This document shows, in pieces, positions 35,128-46,724 of a DNA stretch of 64,000 nucleotides. The stretch is from positions 18 to 64,017 of the forward strand of contig JBBSEC010000008.1 of the NCBI GenBank assembly GCA_038240075.1, in the 5' to 3' direction. Source of the stretch: Acidimicrobiia bacterium (GTDB lineage Bacteria; Actinomycetota; Acidimicrobiia; IMCC26256; PALSA-610). Position numbers and translations under genes: made by a program. Below the pieces are notes generated by a model. The model saw only the letters and a program-made list of their open reading frames with translations. It did no database searches and had not been told where the DNA came from. Positions within the stretch are counted from its first letter, which is position 1. Each line of letters starts with the position of its first letter.

Positions 35128-37817
35128 CAACTACTGAGCCGAAGCCCGGCGCCAAGCCGACCGTCGCGACCGTCACCATCGACGGGCGCGAGGTGACGGC
35201 GAAGCCCGGCGAGCTGCTCATCAAGGTCGCGCAGGAGCACGGCGTCTACATCCCGCGGTTCTGCTGGCACGAGCGCATGAAGCCGGTCGGCATGTGCCGC
35301 ATGTGCCTCGTCGAGGTCGAAGGCGTGCGCGGCTTCCCGCCCGCGTGCACCACCACCGTCACCGACGGGATGGTCTGCCATACGCAGACCGACACGGTGA
35401 AGAAGATCCAAGACGGCGTGCTCGAGTTCCTGCTGGTGAACCACCCGCTCGACTGCCCGGTGTGCGACCGCGGCGGCGAGTGCCCGCTGCAGGACCAGAC
35501 CCTCGCGTTCGGTCCCGGTGAGTCGCGGTTCACCGAGGAGAAGCGCCACTTCGAGAAGCCGATCCCGATCAGCGACGTGGTGCTGCTCGACCGCGAGCGC
35601 TGCATCCAATGCGCGCGCTGCACGCGCTTCGCCGACGAGATCGCGGGCGATCCGCTGATCACGTTCGTCGACCGCGGTGATCGCACCGAGGTCCTCAACT
35701 TCCCCGACCACCCCTTCGCGTCGTATTTCTCGGGCAACACGGTGCAGATCTGCCCGGTGGGCGCGCTCACCGCGAAGCCCTACCGGTTCCGCGCGCGTCC
35801 CTGGGACCTCGCGACCGTCGAGACGTCGTGCACGACGTGCGCGGTCCAGTGCCGCGGCGCGCTGCAGTCGTCGACCGACCGGCTCGTGCGGTTCCTCGGT
35901 GTCGATTCGGAGCCGGTGAACCACGGTTGGCTGTGCGACAAGGGTCGTTACGGCTTCGAATACGTCCACAGCGAGACGCGCGTCATCGAGCCGCAGGTAC
36001 GCGAGGACGGCGCACTCGTGGAGAAGCCGTGGCCCGAGGCGCTCGACGCGGCGGCCTCGATCCTCGAACGCACGAAGTCGATGCACGGCCCGGGGGCGAT
36101 CGCCGTGCTCGGCGGGGCCCGGGGCAGCAACGAGGACGCGTACGCGTGGGCGCGCCTGGCCAAGGGTGTGATCGGCACCGACAACGTCGACGCGCAACTC
36201 GCCGACGGTTTGCCGGCGGAAGTGGTGCTCGGCCTTCCCCGCGCGCAGATCGCCGATCTCGATCACGCCGCCGCGATCGTGTTGGTGGGTCCCGACCTCA
36301 AGGAAGAGTTGCCGGTTCTGCACCTACGCGTCCGTCGCGCCGCCGTGGAGCTGAAGGTTCCCGTCATCGACTTCGCGTTCGACGGCGGATCGATTCCGGG
36401 GTCGATCGCGATGCGGTGCGCGCCAGGCGAGTCGGGCGCCCTGGCCGAGCGGCTCATGAGCGCGGTCAACAGTGGAGCTGCGGTCGCCGACGATCCGATC
36501 GGTCGAGCCGCGGCCGCGATACGCGAACGCGACGGTGCGGTGATCGTCGTGCTCGGCCGCGCGTCGCTGGCGGAGCGACCCGATCACACGCTGCGCGCCG
36601 CTGCCGCGTTCGCCGCGCTGCCTCAGGTCGGCTTCCTCTCCGCGCTGCGCCGCGGCAACGTGCACGGTGCACTCGAGCTCGGTCTCGCGCCGGGAGTGCT
36701 TCCCGGACGGGTTTCGCTGGCCGACGGGCGCGCCGCGTTTGCATCGGCGTGGGGCGCGGTCCCCGAGACCACGGGCCTCGACGCCACGGGAATCCTGCGC
36801 GCCGCAGCCGCGGGCAAGATCCACGCGCTGGTGCTCGTGGGTTGCGACCCGCTCGCCGACTTCCCCGACCGTGCGCTCGTGCGGGAGGCGTTCGAAATCG
36901 TCGGTTCGGTGATCGCGGTCGACGCGTTCCTCTCCGATTCGGTTCGACAGGCCGACGTCGTGCTGCCCGTGACGCTCTGGGGCGAGAAGCAGGGCACGGT
37001 CACGAACCTCGAGGGTCGCGTCCAGCGCCTCGGGCGCAAGGTCTCGCCGGCGGGCAGCGCGATGGACGACTGGCGCATTGCCGGCGAGCTTGCGCTCCGC
37101 CTGGGCTCCGACTTCGATCTCGAGCAGGTCGACGAGGTCACCGACGAGATCGCCAAGGTCGCGCCCGCCTTCGCCGGCGCGACCGCGGAGCTGTTGCGCC
37201 GGGCGCGCGACGGCGTCGTACTCCCGGTCGCCGAGCACCGTTCCGAGATCGTGCTGCGCGCCGGTGGTCTCACGATCCTCGCCGACGACGGCTCCGGCGC
37301 CTCCTGGGAACCAATCAGGGCAGTCCGGGATGCAGACGAGACCGGAGCAGCCGCAGCGACGGATCGGAGTGCGGAACAAGACGGTGAAGCGCACGCGAAT
37401 GCGACCGATGTGATCGCGGCAGCCGGTCCGAGCTCGACACCGAACTTGATCGTGTGGGATCGCTCGTTTGGTTCCCCGGAACTCCCGGCGCGCGACGCGT
37501 ACGCTCTGCGCCTCGTGACGGGCCGCACGCTGTACGACGGGGGACGGACGGTCGCATCGTCGCCCGCGATCGCTGCGCTTGCGCGCGATGTCGCGCTCCT
37601 CGTGAGCGCGACCGATCTCGCGCGCATCGGTGTCGACGAGGGTGCGATCGTCAAAGTCACCTCGCAGCGCACGAGCCTCAACCTCGTGGTGCAGGTCGAG
37701 TTGCGGCTGCCGGCGGGCATCGCGCGGCTCTATTTCACGCCCGACCACGAGGGCGCGGCCGAGCTCATCGATCTCTCGGCGCCGGTCACCGACATCAGGG
37801 TGGAGACCCTCCGGTGA
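35124..37817 (+). CDS. nuoG: Complex I subunit G (with N7 cluster motif)
   Basis: [37 protein letters not shown]...CDKGR. Confidence 0.95.
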   Translation: MTTTEPKPGAKPTVATVTIDGREVTAKPGELLIKVAQEHGVYIPRFCWHERMKPVGMCRMCLVEVEGVRGFPPACTTTVTDGMVCHTQTDTVKKIQDGVLEFLLVNHPLDCPVCDRGGECPLQDQTLAFGPGESRFTEEKRHFEKPIPISDVVLLDRERCIQCARCTRFADEIAGDPLITFVDRGDRTEVLNFPDHPFASYFSGNTVQICPVGALTAKPYRFRARPWDLATVETSCTTCAVQCRGALQSSTDRLVRFLGVDSEPVNHGWLCDKGRYGFEYVHSETRVIEPQVREDGALVEKPWPEALDAAASILERTKSMHGPGAIAVLGGARGSNEDAYAWARLAKGVIGTDNVDAQLADGLPAEVVLGLPRAQIADLDHAAAIVLVGPDLKEELPVLHLRVRRAAVELKVPVIDFAFDGGSIPGSIAMRCAPGESGALAERLMSAVNSGAAVADDPIGRAAAAIRERDGAVIVVLGRASLAERPDHTLRAAAAFAALPQVGFLSALRRGNVHGALELGLAPGVLPGRVSLADGRAAFASAWGAVPETTGLDATGILRAAAAGKIHALVLVGCDPLADFPDRALVREAFEIVGSVIAVDAFLSDSVRQADVVLPVTLWGEKQGTVTNLEGRVQRLGRKVSPAGSAMDDWRIAGELALRLGSDFDLEQVDEVTDEIAKVAPAFAGATAELLRRARDGVVLPVAEHRSEIVLRAGGLTILADDGSGASWEPIRAVRDADETGAAAATDRSAEQDGEAHANATDVIAAAGPSSTPNLIVWDRSFGSPELPARDAYALRLVTGRTLYDGGRTVASSPAIAALARDVALLVSATDLARIGVDEGAIVKVTSQRTSLNLVVQVELRLPAGIARLYFTPDHEGAAELIDLSAPVTDIRVETLR

Positions 37818-39034
37818 GCGCGCTGCGAACCTTCGGCCTCCTCGCCACCGACCCCGCACTCACCGGTCACATCAGCTGGTCGGTGCTGGCCGTGATCCTC
37901 ATCAAGGTCGTGGGCGCGTTCGTGCTGCTGCTCGTCTCGGTGATGCTCTACATCTGGGCGATGCGCAAAGTCATCGCCGACATGCAGAACCGCGTCGGCC
38001 CCGACAACGCGGGGCCGTACGGTGTGCTGCAGACGCTGGCCGACGGCATCAAGCTGTTCTTCAAGGAGCAGTCGATCCCCGACACGGCCGACCGGCCGGT
38101 GTTCAAGCTCGCGCCCTATCTCTCGCTGCTTCCTGCCTTCCTCATGTTCTGTGTGATCCCCGTTGGCGGGCGGGTGTCGATCCTGGGGCACCAGACCTAT
38201 CTCCAGGTGGCCGAGCTCCCGATGGGCGTGCTGTTCATCCTCGCGATGTCGGGTATCGGTGTGTACGGCGTGATGCTCGCGGGGTGGTCGTCGGGTTCGA
38301 AGTACCCGCTGCTCGGCTCCGTGCGCGCGTCCGCGCAGCTGCTCTCGTACGAAGGCGCGCTCGGGCTCGCGGTCCTCGGCGTGCTCATCCAGGCGGGCAC
38401 GCTCTCCACCCGCACGATCGTGCAGAACCAGGCGTGGGTCAACGTGGGCTCGATCGTGCGCGAGTGGTACTGGCTGCCGGCGCTGGTGCCGTTCGGAATC
38501 TTCCTCATCGCCGCGACCGCGGAGACGAATCACCCTCCGTTCGATCTCGTCGAGGCCGAGCAGGAGCTGGTCGGCGGGTTCCACACCGAGTACACCGGCA
38601 TCCGCTTCGCGATCTTCTTCCTCGCCGAGTTCATGAACGTGATCACGATGTCGGCGGTGGCGGTCACGCTGTTCCTGGGCGGGCCGTCGGGCCCGGCGCT
38701 CGGCTTCCTCTCGAGGACTGGCACGATCAACGTCTGGCTCATGCCGGTGGTGTGGTTCATGGTGAAGGTGCTCGCGTTGCTCTTCGGCACCGTGTGGCTC
38801 CGCGCGTCGCTGCCCCGGATGCGCTACGACCAGTTGATGGCGCTCGGATGGAAGTACCTCATCGAGATCGCGATCCTCTGGGTGATGGTGTCGGCCACGA
38901 TCGTCGTCGCGCGTCAGAACGGGTGGCACCTCTGGATCGCCCTGCCGGCCGCGGTCCTGCTCGCGCTCGGCGCGTACGGGATGTTGTGGCTCGCGATTCC
39001 CAAGCCCGGCGAGACCGTCGAGGAGTTCCGCTGA
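37814..39034 (+). CDS. nuoH: Complex I subunit H (cluster 1)
   Basis: [47 protein letters not shown]. Confidence 0.96.
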   Translation: MSALRTFGLLATDPALTGHISWSVLAVILIKVVGAFVLLLVSVMLYIWAMRKVIADMQNRVGPDNAGPYGVLQTLADGIKLFFKEQSIPDTADRPVFKLAPYLSLLPAFLMFCVIPVGGRVSILGHQTYLQVAELPMGVLFILAMSGIGVYGVMLAGWSSGSKYPLLGSVRASAQLLSYEGALGLAVLGVLIQAGTLSTRTIVQNQAWVNVGSIVREWYWLPALVPFGIFLIAATAETNHPPFDLVEAEQELVGGFHTEYTGIRFAIFFLAEFMNVITMSAVAVTLFLGGPSGPALGFLSRTGTINVWLMPVVWFMVKVLALLFGTVWLRASLPRMRYDQLMALGWKYLIEIAILWVMVSATIVVARQNGWHLWIALPAAVLLALGAYGMLWLAIPKPGETVEEFR

Positions 39035-39645
39035 TGGGCCGGCTCGCAGGATTCGGCGTGACGTTGCGGCAGATGTTCAAGCCGCGGCTCACCACCGACT
39101 ATCCAAAAGAGAAGAGCCCGAGGCCCGAGCGTCTCCACGGCCGTCACGTCCTCAACCGGTACGAGGACGGGATGGAGAAGTGCATCGGGTGCGAGCTGTG
39201 CGCGGGCGTGTGCCCGGCGCGCTGCATCTACGTGCGCGGCGCCGACAACCCCACCGACGATCCGGTCTCGCCGGGGGAGCGCTACGGCTTCGTCTACGAG
39301 ATCAACTACCTGCGCTGCATCCACTGTGACCTGTGTGTGGAGGCCTGCCCCACCGAGGCCATCACCGAGACGAAGCTCTTCGAGTTCTCGTTCACGAACC
39401 GCGCCGACGCGATCTACACCAAGGACCAACTGCTCGTCGACGACGACGGCCGCGCCCGCCGCCAACCGTGGGAGCTGTGGGACGGCCACGAAGACGAGCA
39501 CACCAGTGCGTGGATGCGCGCGACGTCGCCGTCGGGGTCGGCTGCGTACGAGGGGCGCGCGACGTGGTCGGGTGAGCTCGGCTTCGGCGTCCGGGCGGCC
39601 GAGCAGGGTCAGACGAACGACGATGCGCCGGAGCGCGACGCATGA
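39034..39645 (+). CDS. nuoI: Complex I subunit I (cluster 1), with Trp-rich C-terminal extension
   Basis: [12 protein letters not shown] and [12 protein letters not shown]. Confidence 0.95.
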   Translation: MGRLAGFGVTLRQMFKPRLTTDYPKEKSPRPERLHGRHVLNRYEDGMEKCIGCELCAGVCPARCIYVRGADNPTDDPVSPGERYGFVYEINYLRCIHCDLCVEACPTEAITETKLFEFSFTNRADAIYTKDQLLVDDDGRARRQPWELWDGHEDEHTSAWMRATSPSGSAAYEGRATWSGELGFGVRAAEQGQTNDDAPERDA

Positions 39646-40190
39646 CCGCGGTGCTCTTTTTCGTCTTCTCCGCGATCACGCTCGGCGGAGCGTTCGGAGT
39701 CATCCTCGCCCGCAACCCGGTGCACTCGGCCCTGTTCCTCGTGCTCGCGCTGATCGCGATCGCGGGGTTCTTCCTGCTCGAAGACGCCGACCTCGTCGCG
39801 ATCGTGCAGATCATCGTCTACGCGAGCGCGATCGTCGTGCTCTTCATCTTCGTGATCATGCTGCTCGGTGTCGATCGACGAGAGGCGTTCGAGCAGCCCA
39901 ATCGCCTGCAGGTTCCGGCGGCGCTCGGACTCGGTCTGCTGCTCGTGGTCGAGGTGCTCGTGCTCGCGGGCCGGCACTGGGTGACGGGGGCGCAGTCGGC
40001 ACGCGGTGCGCTGAACAGTCCCTCCGACGGCAACGTGCACAACCTCGCGAGCCGTCTCTTCACCGACTTCCTCTGGCCGTTCGAGATCACCGCAGTGCTC
40101 CTCGTCATCGCGGTGGTCGGCAGCGTCGTCTTGGCGCGCCGCTCGCGGCAGGCGCCGGAGACCGTCGACAGCGACGAGGTGCCGCGATGA
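39642..40190 (+). CDS. nuoJ: Complex I subunit J (cluster 1)
   Basis: [29 protein letters not shown]. Confidence 0.94.
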   Translation: MTAVLFFVFSAITLGGAFGVILARNPVHSALFLVLALIAIAGFFLLEDADLVAIVQIIVYASAIVVLFIFVIMLLGVDRREAFEQPNRLQVPAALGLGLLLVVEVLVLAGRHWVTGAQSARGALNSPSDGNVHNLASRLFTDFLWPFEITAVLLVIAVVGSVVLARRSRQAPETVDSDEVPR

Positions 40191-40492
40191 CGATCACGCC
40201 CGGCTACTACCTCACGGTTGCTGCGATGCTCTTCACGATCGGCGCGGTCGGTCTGCTCATCCGCCGTAACCCGCTCGTCATGTTCATGTGTATCGAGCTC
40301 ATGCTGAACGCGGCGAACCTCACGTTCGTTGCGTTCGCCAAGGCCCTGAACGACGTCGGCGGCCAGGTCATCGTGTTCTTCACCCTGGTCGTCGCGGCCG
40401 CCGAGGTCGCGGTGGGCCTCGCGATCATCGTGGCCATCTTCCGGCGCCGACCCGGCGCGACCGCAGACGACGTGGATCTGCTGAAGGGCTGA
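40187..40492 (+). CDS. nuoK: Complex I subunit K (cluster 1)
   Basis: [25 protein letters not shown]. Confidence 0.95.
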   Translation: MTITPGYYLTVAAMLFTIGAVGLLIRRNPLVMFMCIELMLNAANLTFVAFAKALNDVGGQVIVFFTLVVAAAEVAVGLAIIVAIFRRRPGATADDVDLLKG

Positions 40493-40496
40493 TCGA

Positions 40497-42470
40497 TTGA
40501 GCGGTCACGGTGTCCTCGATCTCGTCTGGCTGATCCCTGCGCTTCCGGCGTTCGGCGCGGTCGTGCTGCTGTTGTTCGGCAAGCGCATCGGCGAACCGAT
40601 CGCGGGTTGGATCGCCACGTCGACGATGGGCCTCGCGTTCCTCTGCTCCGTGATCACGTTTGCGGTGTTGCTCGGTCGCCATGCCGACGAGCGTCAGCAG
40701 GTGCGCTCGCTCTGGACTTGGTTCCAGTCGGGCGGCTTCGTCGTGAAGATGAGCTTCCTCGTCGATCCGCTGTCGGTCACGATGATCCTCTTCGTCACCG
40801 GCATCGGCACGCTGATCCACCTGTATTCGATCGGGTACATGCACGGCGATCCCCGTTTCTCGCGGTTCTTCGCGTACATGAACCTGTTTGGCGCCTCGAT
40901 GCTCATCCTCGTGCTCGGCGGCAGCTTCCTCGTCACCTTCCTCGGATGGGAAGGCGTCGCGCTCTGCTCCTACCTCCTCGTCTCGTTCTGGTTCGAGCGC
41001 AACGCCGCGGCCGTCGCGGGCAAGAAGGCGTTCGTCACCAACCGCGTCGGCGACTTCGGCTTCCTGCTCGGCACGTTCCTGCTTGTCTCGAAGACCGGCT
41101 CGCTCGACTACTCCGGTCTCGCGGGCCGCATCGCGCCGCTGTCGCACGGCACGGTGACCGCGATCGCGCTGCTTTTCTTCCTCGGGGCGATGGGCAAGAG
41201 CGCGCAGTTCCCGCTGCACGTCTGGCTTCCCGACGCGATGGAGGGCCCCACCCCGGTCTCCGCGCTCATCCACGCCGCAACGATGGTCACCGGCGGCGTG
41301 TACCTCATGTGCCGCGCGCACGTGTTCCTCGACGTCTCCGCGATCAGCGGGTCGGTGCACGCGGGCACGGTGATCTCGTGGATCGGCGCGATCACCGCAC
41401 TGGGCGCGGCCACCGTCGCGATCAAGCAGAACGACATCAAGAAGGTGCTTGCGTACTCCACGCTGAGCCAGCTCGGGTACATGTTCATCGCGGTCGGGGT
41501 CGGCGCCTACTCCGCCGGGATCTTCCACATGGTCACCCACGCGTTCTTCAAGGCGCTGCTCTTCCTCGGCTCCGGCTCGGTCATCCACGGCATGCACGAC
41601 GAGCAGGACATGCGCAAGATGGGCGGGCTGCGCAAGTACATGCCGATCACGGCGATGACCTTCGTCGTCGGATGGCTCGCGATCGCGGGCGTCATCCCGT
41701 TCGCGGGCTTCTGGTCGAAGGACGAGATCCTGGCGAAGGCGTGGGCGCACCACAGCTACGGCCTCTGGGCCGTCGGCGCCGTCGCCGCCCTCTTCACCGC
41801 CTTCTACATGACGCGCCTGGTCTGGCTCACGTTCTACGGGCCGGAACGCTTCCGCGATCCGCAGGCCGTCGGCGACGGCGAAACCGCGCACGAGGTGCAC
41901 GAGCCGCACGAGTCGCCGGCGCTGATGCTCATCCCGCTCGGCGCGCTCGCCGGTCTCTCGATCGTCGGGGGCCTCCTCAACCTGCCGTTCACCAAGCAAT
42001 CACTCGACTTCCTCAACCAGTGGCTCGCACCGTCGTTCGCGGGCAGCCGCAGCGTCGAGGTCGGTTCCTTCACGACCGGCTTCGCGTTGTCGACGTTCGC
42101 GCTCATCGTCGCGGTCGGCGGGATTCTCTGGGGCTACTCGGTCTACCGCAACGGACTCACCGCGACGGGCGAAGACCCGATCGACGCCAAGCTCGGTCCG
42201 GTCGCGAAGGTGTGGGCGCACGCGTACTACTTCGACATCGGCCTCGCGCGCGTCGTGAGTGGCCCCGTCACCGGCCTTGCGCGGTTCCTCGCCGACGGAG
42301 TCGACAAGAAGGTGATCGACGGTGCGGTCAACGGCGTCGGCATCGCGTTCCGCACCAGTGCGGGCGGCCTGCGGCGCGTGCAGACCGGCCTCGTGCGCAA
42401 CTACGCGCTGGGCATCGCCCTGGGCGCGGTTGCGCTGCTGATCTTCTTCGTTCTGCGGGTGAACCTCTGA
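40497..42470 (+). CDS. nuoL: Complex I subunit L (cluster 1)
   Basis: WEGV, KAFVTNRVGD, KSAQFPLHVWLPDAMEGPTPVSALIHAATMV, SKDEI. Confidence 0.96.
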   Translation: MSGHGVLDLVWLIPALPAFGAVVLLLFGKRIGEPIAGWIATSTMGLAFLCSVITFAVLLGRHADERQQVRSLWTWFQSGGFVVKMSFLVDPLSVTMILFVTGIGTLIHLYSIGYMHGDPRFSRFFAYMNLFGASMLILVLGGSFLVTFLGWEGVALCSYLLVSFWFERNAAAVAGKKAFVTNRVGDFGFLLGTFLLVSKTGSLDYSGLAGRIAPLSHGTVTAIALLFFLGAMGKSAQFPLHVWLPDAMEGPTPVSALIHAATMVTGGVYLMCRAHVFLDVSAISGSVHAGTVISWIGAITALGAATVAIKQNDIKKVLAYSTLSQLGYMFIAVGVGAYSAGIFHMVTHAFFKALLFLGSGSVIHGMHDEQDMRKMGGLRKYMPITAMTFVVGWLAIAGVIPFAGFWSKDEILAKAWAHHSYGLWAVGAVAALFTAFYMTRLVWLTFYGPERFRDPQAVGDGETAHEVHEPHESPALMLIPLGALAGLSIVGGLLNLPFTKQSLDFLNQWLAPSFAGSRSVEVGSFTTGFALSTFALIVAVGGILWGYSVYRNGLTATGEDPIDAKLGPVAKVWAHAYYFDIGLARVVSGPVTGLARFLADGVDKKVIDGAVNGVGIAFRTSAGGLRRVQTGLVRNYALGIALGAVALLIFFVLRVNL

Positions 42471-44050
42471 TGCTCGCTGCCGCGCCGGTGATCGCCGAAC
42501 ACGTGACCAACGGCGGTTTTCCGCTCCTTACCGCGCTGATCGTCACGCCGTTGGTCGGTGCGGTCATCGCGATCCTGATGCCGTCCCGACGGCCCGAGTA
42601 CTCCCGCATCGTCGGCTACGTCGCGACTGCCGCGACGGGTGGGTTCGCGGTCGATCTGCTCGTGCAGTACCAGACGACCGCGCACGGCTACCAGTTCGTC
42701 GAGAGTCACCAGTGGATCAGCGCGTTCGGTGTTCGCTACCTGCTCGGCGTCGACGGGATCAGCCTGTTCATGGTGGCGCTGACCGCCCTGCTCATTCCGA
42801 TCGGGTTGGTTGCGTCGGCCGAGATCGAACGGCCGAAGGCGTTCACGGTGTGGATGCTCCTCCTCGAGTCGGCGCTCATCGCGGTGTTCCTCAGTCTCGA
42901 CCTCGTCCTGTTCTTCGTGGCGTTCGAGTTCGTGCTGGTGCCGATGTACTTCCTCATCGCCGAGTGGGGTCATGGCAACAAGGTGTACGCGGCGACGAAG
43001 TTCTTCTTGTACACGATGGCCGGTTCCGCGTTCCTCTTCGTCGGTCTGCTCAGCGTCGCGTTGCTCTACCACCACGCCGGCCATCCGCTGACGTTCGACG
43101 TGCGCACGCTCACGGCATGGACGTCGGCGAAGGGCAACCTCTCGTCGGGCGTCGGGCGCGCGCTGTTCCTGGCGTTCTGCGTCGCGTTCGCGGTCAAGGT
43201 GCCGTTGTTCCCGCTGCACACGTGGCTGCCCGACGCGCACACGGAAGCGCCCACCGCGGGCTCGGTCATCCTCGCGGGTGTGCTCCTCAAGATGGGCACC
43301 TACGGCTTCTTGCGTTTCGCGATCCCGATGTTCCCGCAGGCCGCCGTCGATCTCGCACCCGTGTTGCTCGTGGCGGGCGTCATCGGCATCACCTACGGCG
43401 CGATCGTCGCCGCGATGCAGTCCGATCTGAAGCGACTCGTCGCGTACTCGTCGATTGCGCACCTCGGGTTCGTCGTGATCGGTGTGTTCTCGCTCACGAC
43501 CCAAGGCATCCAGGGCGGGCTGTTCACGATGATCAGCCACGGCTTGACCACAAGCGCGCTCTTCCTGCTCATCGGGATGCTGTCCGACCGGCGCCACACA
43601 CGGCTGATCGCCGACTTCGGCGGCCTCTGGAAGTCGGTGCCGATCCTCGGCGGCCTGTTCGTGACCGCGACGTTCGCGTCGATCGGCCTCCCGGGCTTCT
43701 CCGGTTTCGTCGGTGAGTTCCTTGCGCTGCTCGGCACCTTCATCACCCAACGCTGGTACGCGGTCGTCGCGACCACCGGTGTGATCCTCGCCGCGGTGTA
43801 CCTGCTCTGGGCCGTGCAACGCGCGTTCATGGGCGAGCCGAAGGGTGACAACGTCGGCATGCGCGACATCACGTTCCGCGAGCTGGCGACGGTCGTGCCG
43901 CTGCTCGGGCTCAGCCTCTTCCTCGGCCTCTACCCGAAGCCGGTTCTCGACCGCGTGAAGCCTGCGGTCGACGATCTCGTCGCGCACGTGCAACAGACCA
44001 CCAACTACCGGGCGCCGGCGGTCTCCACAACGGGTCGGGCGGCACCATGA
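42470..44050 (+). CDS. nuoM: Complex I subunit M (cluster 1)
   Basis: GVDGIS, KVPLFPLHTWLPDAHTEAPT, KRLVAYSS, GLPGFSGFVGE. Confidence 0.96.
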   Translation: MLAAAPVIAEHVTNGGFPLLTALIVTPLVGAVIAILMPSRRPEYSRIVGYVATAATGGFAVDLLVQYQTTAHGYQFVESHQWISAFGVRYLLGVDGISLFMVALTALLIPIGLVASAEIERPKAFTVWMLLLESALIAVFLSLDLVLFFVAFEFVLVPMYFLIAEWGHGNKVYAATKFFLYTMAGSAFLFVGLLSVALLYHHAGHPLTFDVRTLTAWTSAKGNLSSGVGRALFLAFCVAFAVKVPLFPLHTWLPDAHTEAPTAGSVILAGVLLKMGTYGFLRFAIPMFPQAAVDLAPVLLVAGVIGITYGAIVAAMQSDLKRLVAYSSIAHLGFVVIGVFSLTTQGIQGGLFTMISHGLTTSALFLLIGMLSDRRHTRLIADFGGLWKSVPILGGLFVTATFASIGLPGFSGFVGEFLALLGTFITQRWYAVVATTGVILAAVYLLWAVQRAFMGEPKGDNVGMRDITFRELATVVPLLGLSLFLGLYPKPVLDRVKPAVDDLVAHVQQTTNYRAPAVSTTGRAAP

Positions 44051-45570
44051 ACCTGCTGCTCGCACTCACCAGCGCGCCGACCAAGCCGCTGCCCGTCCCG
44101 AACATCGACTGGGTCTCGATCTCGCCCGAGCTCTGTCTCTTCGCCGCCGCGCTCGCGATCGTGATGTTGCGTTCGATCGTGCGCCGTTCGCCGCGCGTGT
44201 TCGACGCGTCGTTGCTCATCGCCGTCGCTGGCATCGCGGCGTCGGGCGTGTGCACCGCCGTCGTCTGGCATGTCGTGCGCCAGGACGGTCCGTACCAGGC
44301 GATCAGCGGCATGGTGGCGGTCGACGGGTTCTCGGTCTTCATTCGCGTCGTCGTGCTCATCGCGACGCTGCTGTCGGTGCTGCTGTCGTCGGTGTATCTC
44401 GTCCGCGAACGCCTCGACGGGCCCGAATACCTCGCGCTGATGTTGTTGTCGGCCGCCGGCATGATGATCATGGCGGCCGCAAACGATCTCGTCGTCGTGT
44501 TCCTCGCCCTCGAGATCCTGTCGATCGCGCTCTACGTCCTCGCCGCGTTCGACCGCCGCCGGCTCGAGTCGCAGGAGGCGGGCCTCAAGTACTTCGTGCT
44601 CGGCGCGTTCTCGTCGGCCATCTTCCTGTACGGCATCGCGCTCACCTACGGAGCGACCGGCACCACGTCGCTCACGGGCATCGCGACCTTCCTCGCGGCC
44701 AACAATCTCGGCCACGTCGGCATCCTCGATGCCGGGTTCGCCTTCTTGCTCGTCGGGCTGGGGTTCAAGGTGGCCGCGGCCCCGTTCCACATGTGGGCGC
44801 CCGACGTCTACGAGGGAGCGCCTACACCGGTCACCGCGTTCATGGCCTCGGCGACGAAGGCGGCGGCGTTTGCCGCGCTGCTGCGCATCTTCGTCGGGAC
44901 GTTCCCGCTGTACGGCGTCGACTGGCGGCCCGCGGTGTGGGGCCTCGCCGTCGTGTCGCTCGTCGTCGGGACCGTTGCCGCGGTTGTGCAGACCGACGTG
45001 AAGCGGATGCTCGCGTACTCGTCGATCAGTCACGCCGGATTCGCGCTGATCGGCGTGCAGGTCGCGACGCGCGACGGCACGTCGGCTGCGCTCTTCTACC
45101 TGCTCGTCTACGCGTTCATGGTGATCGGCGCGTTCGGTGTGATCGGGGTGATGGCCACCAAGGGCGACCGCAGTCACGACCTCGGCGACTACAAGGGCCT
45201 CAGTTCCCGGCAGCCGCTGCTCGCGGGCCTGCTCACGGTGTTCCTGCTCGCGCAGGCGGGCGTGCCGCTCACCGGTGGGTTCGTCGCCAAGCTCGGCGTG
45301 TTCAAGGCCGCGGTCGACGTCGGCCAGTACCCGCTCGTGCTGATCGCGTTGCTCGCGTCGGTTGTCGGAGCGTTCGTCTACCTGCGCATCGTCGTGACGA
45401 TGTACGGCACCGCGGCCGACGAACCCGTTGCCGCGCGCGTCGTGGTCGACTTCCCGACGCGCGCCGTCCTCACGATCTCGGCCACGGCCATCGTCGTGCT
45501 CGGCGTGCTCCCCGGCTTCGCCATCGACTTCGCCCGCGACGCCACCCTCCTCCTCGTCGGCGCGCGTTAA
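44047..45570 (+). CDS. nuoN: Complex I subunit N (cluster 1)
   Basis: EAGLKYF, FKVAAAPFHMWAPDVYEGAP, KRMLAYSSI. Confidence 0.96.
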   Translation: MNLLLALTSAPTKPLPVPNIDWVSISPELCLFAAALAIVMLRSIVRRSPRVFDASLLIAVAGIAASGVCTAVVWHVVRQDGPYQAISGMVAVDGFSVFIRVVVLIATLLSVLLSSVYLVRERLDGPEYLALMLLSAAGMMIMAAANDLVVVFLALEILSIALYVLAAFDRRRLESQEAGLKYFVLGAFSSAIFLYGIALTYGATGTTSLTGIATFLAANNLGHVGILDAGFAFLLVGLGFKVAAAPFHMWAPDVYEGAPTPVTAFMASATKAAAFAALLRIFVGTFPLYGVDWRPAVWGLAVVSLVVGTVAAVVQTDVKRMLAYSSISHAGFALIGVQVATRDGTSAALFYLLVYAFMVIGAFGVIGVMATKGDRSHDLGDYKGLSSRQPLLAGLLTVFLLAQAGVPLTGGFVAKLGVFKAAVDVGQYPLVLIALLASVVGAFVYLRIVVTMYGTAADEPVAARVVVDFPTRAVLTISATAIVVLGVLPGFAIDFARDATLLLVGAR

Positions 45571-45597
45571 CCGCGCACCGACAACCCAAACCCCGTC

Positions 45598-45654
45598 CCT
45601 GGTACTGCACTTTCTACGCATACGACATAGGTGCAGTACCAAAGGCCGTTTTCG
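45598..45654. repeat. Palindromic REP-like element, copy 2 (possible bidirectional terminator)
   Basis: tggtactgcac (45600-45610) / gtgcagtacca (45631-45641); shares ggtactgcac and acgcatacgacataggtgcag with copy 1; lies between convergent nuoN and patatin. Confidence 0.8.
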
Positions 45655-45732
45655 ACGCCGGTGAACCGTGCGGCACGGACGGTAGGACGAACGCGCGGCG
45701 CGCTCGTTGCGGGGTTTGTCGCTGGCCGCGCG

Positions 45733-46683
45733 CTACGCCTCGACCGCGCGGGCGCGGCGGAAGGGGAGGTGCGGGCGCCGGTGGAAAGACTGCACGGCGC
45801 GCTCACGCCGGTCGTACGCGTCGAGCGCGGCGGTCGTCAGTTGGTACGCGGCCTCGATGAGCTCCTCGCCCCCGGAGAAGTCGTAGATCTCACGCGCGTC
45901 GTGAGGCCTGGGGAGCTCGATCAGCTCGATGCCGGCCGGCATGTGCCGGCGCTCGAGCTCGTAGCGCTGGTTGCGCGAGTGGGCGAACGACGTCATCACC
46001 ACGTCGAGCGGGCTGCGCTGCGGCCGGTCGGAGAAGCTTCCCGACACGTTGAGCACGTAGACGCGGTCGACCGGCCCCGAGATCGCGTGCCAGAGCGGTA
46101 CCGAGTTGACGACACCGCCGTCGACGAGGCGTCGGCCGGCATGCTCGATGACGGGGAAGATCCCGGGCAGGCAGGTGCTCGCGAGCAGGGCCGGCTTCAG
46201 TGGTCCCCGCACGATCACCACCTCTTCACCGGTGTCGAGATCGGTCGCGTTCACGCGCAGTGGGATCTGCAGGTCGGCGAACGAGCGGGCCGGGGTGGCC
46301 GTGTCGATGACCTGCACGAGGCCTTCGTTCGAGAAGAGGTTCGTCTCGCGCCGCACGACGTTCCACGCCCGGCTGATCTTGCCGCCGGGGAACACGGTGG
46401 CCGTGGTGAGGCCCATCCACACGTTGGCCAGCCTCGCGACGCCGGTGAGGTTCGGGGCGTAACAGAGGGCGGCACCGTTCAGTGCGCCGGCGGAGGTCCC
46501 GATGACGACGTCGGGCACGATGCCCCGCTCGACGAGCCCGCGCAGCATTCCGACCTGGGCGACGCCCTGATTGCCCCCACCCGAGAGGACGAAAGCGGTC
46601 CGCGGGCGGTCGCCTCGCGTGTCGTGTCGGACCCCGGGGCTCGGGGCGCGGCTCACCACCGGTTCGCCTTCATGCGACATCAC
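45733..46683 (-). CDS. Patatin-like phospholipase
   Basis: LSGGGNQG, GTSAG nucleophile elbow, VDGG. Confidence 0.92.
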   Translation of the reverse strand: MMSHEGEPVVSRAPSPGVRHDTRGDRPRTAFVLSGGGNQGVAQVGMLRGLVERGIVPDVVIGTSAGALNGAALCYAPNLTGVARLANVWMGLTTATVFPGGKISRAWNVVRRETNLFSNEGLVQVIDTATPARSFADLQIPLRVNATDLDTGEEVVIVRGPLKPALLASTCLPGIFPVIEHAGRRLVDGGVVNSVPLWHAISGPVDRVYVLNVSGSFSDRPQRSPLDVVMTSFAHSRNQRYELERRHMPAGIELIELPRPHDAREIYDFSGGEELIEAAYQLTTAALDAYDRRERAVQSFHRRPHLPFRRARAVEA

Positions 46684-46704
46684 ATCGGCCCCAACGCGCC
46701 TGTG

Positions 46705-46724
46705 TTGCGGGAGAATTCCCGCAA
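46705..46724. promoter_or_regulatory. Perfect 8-4-8 inverted repeat, candidate operator
   Basis: TTGCGGGA-GAAT-TCCCGCAA abutting TTGCGT-N19-TATACT (46725-46755) upstream of nuoA copy 2. Confidence 0.5.
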
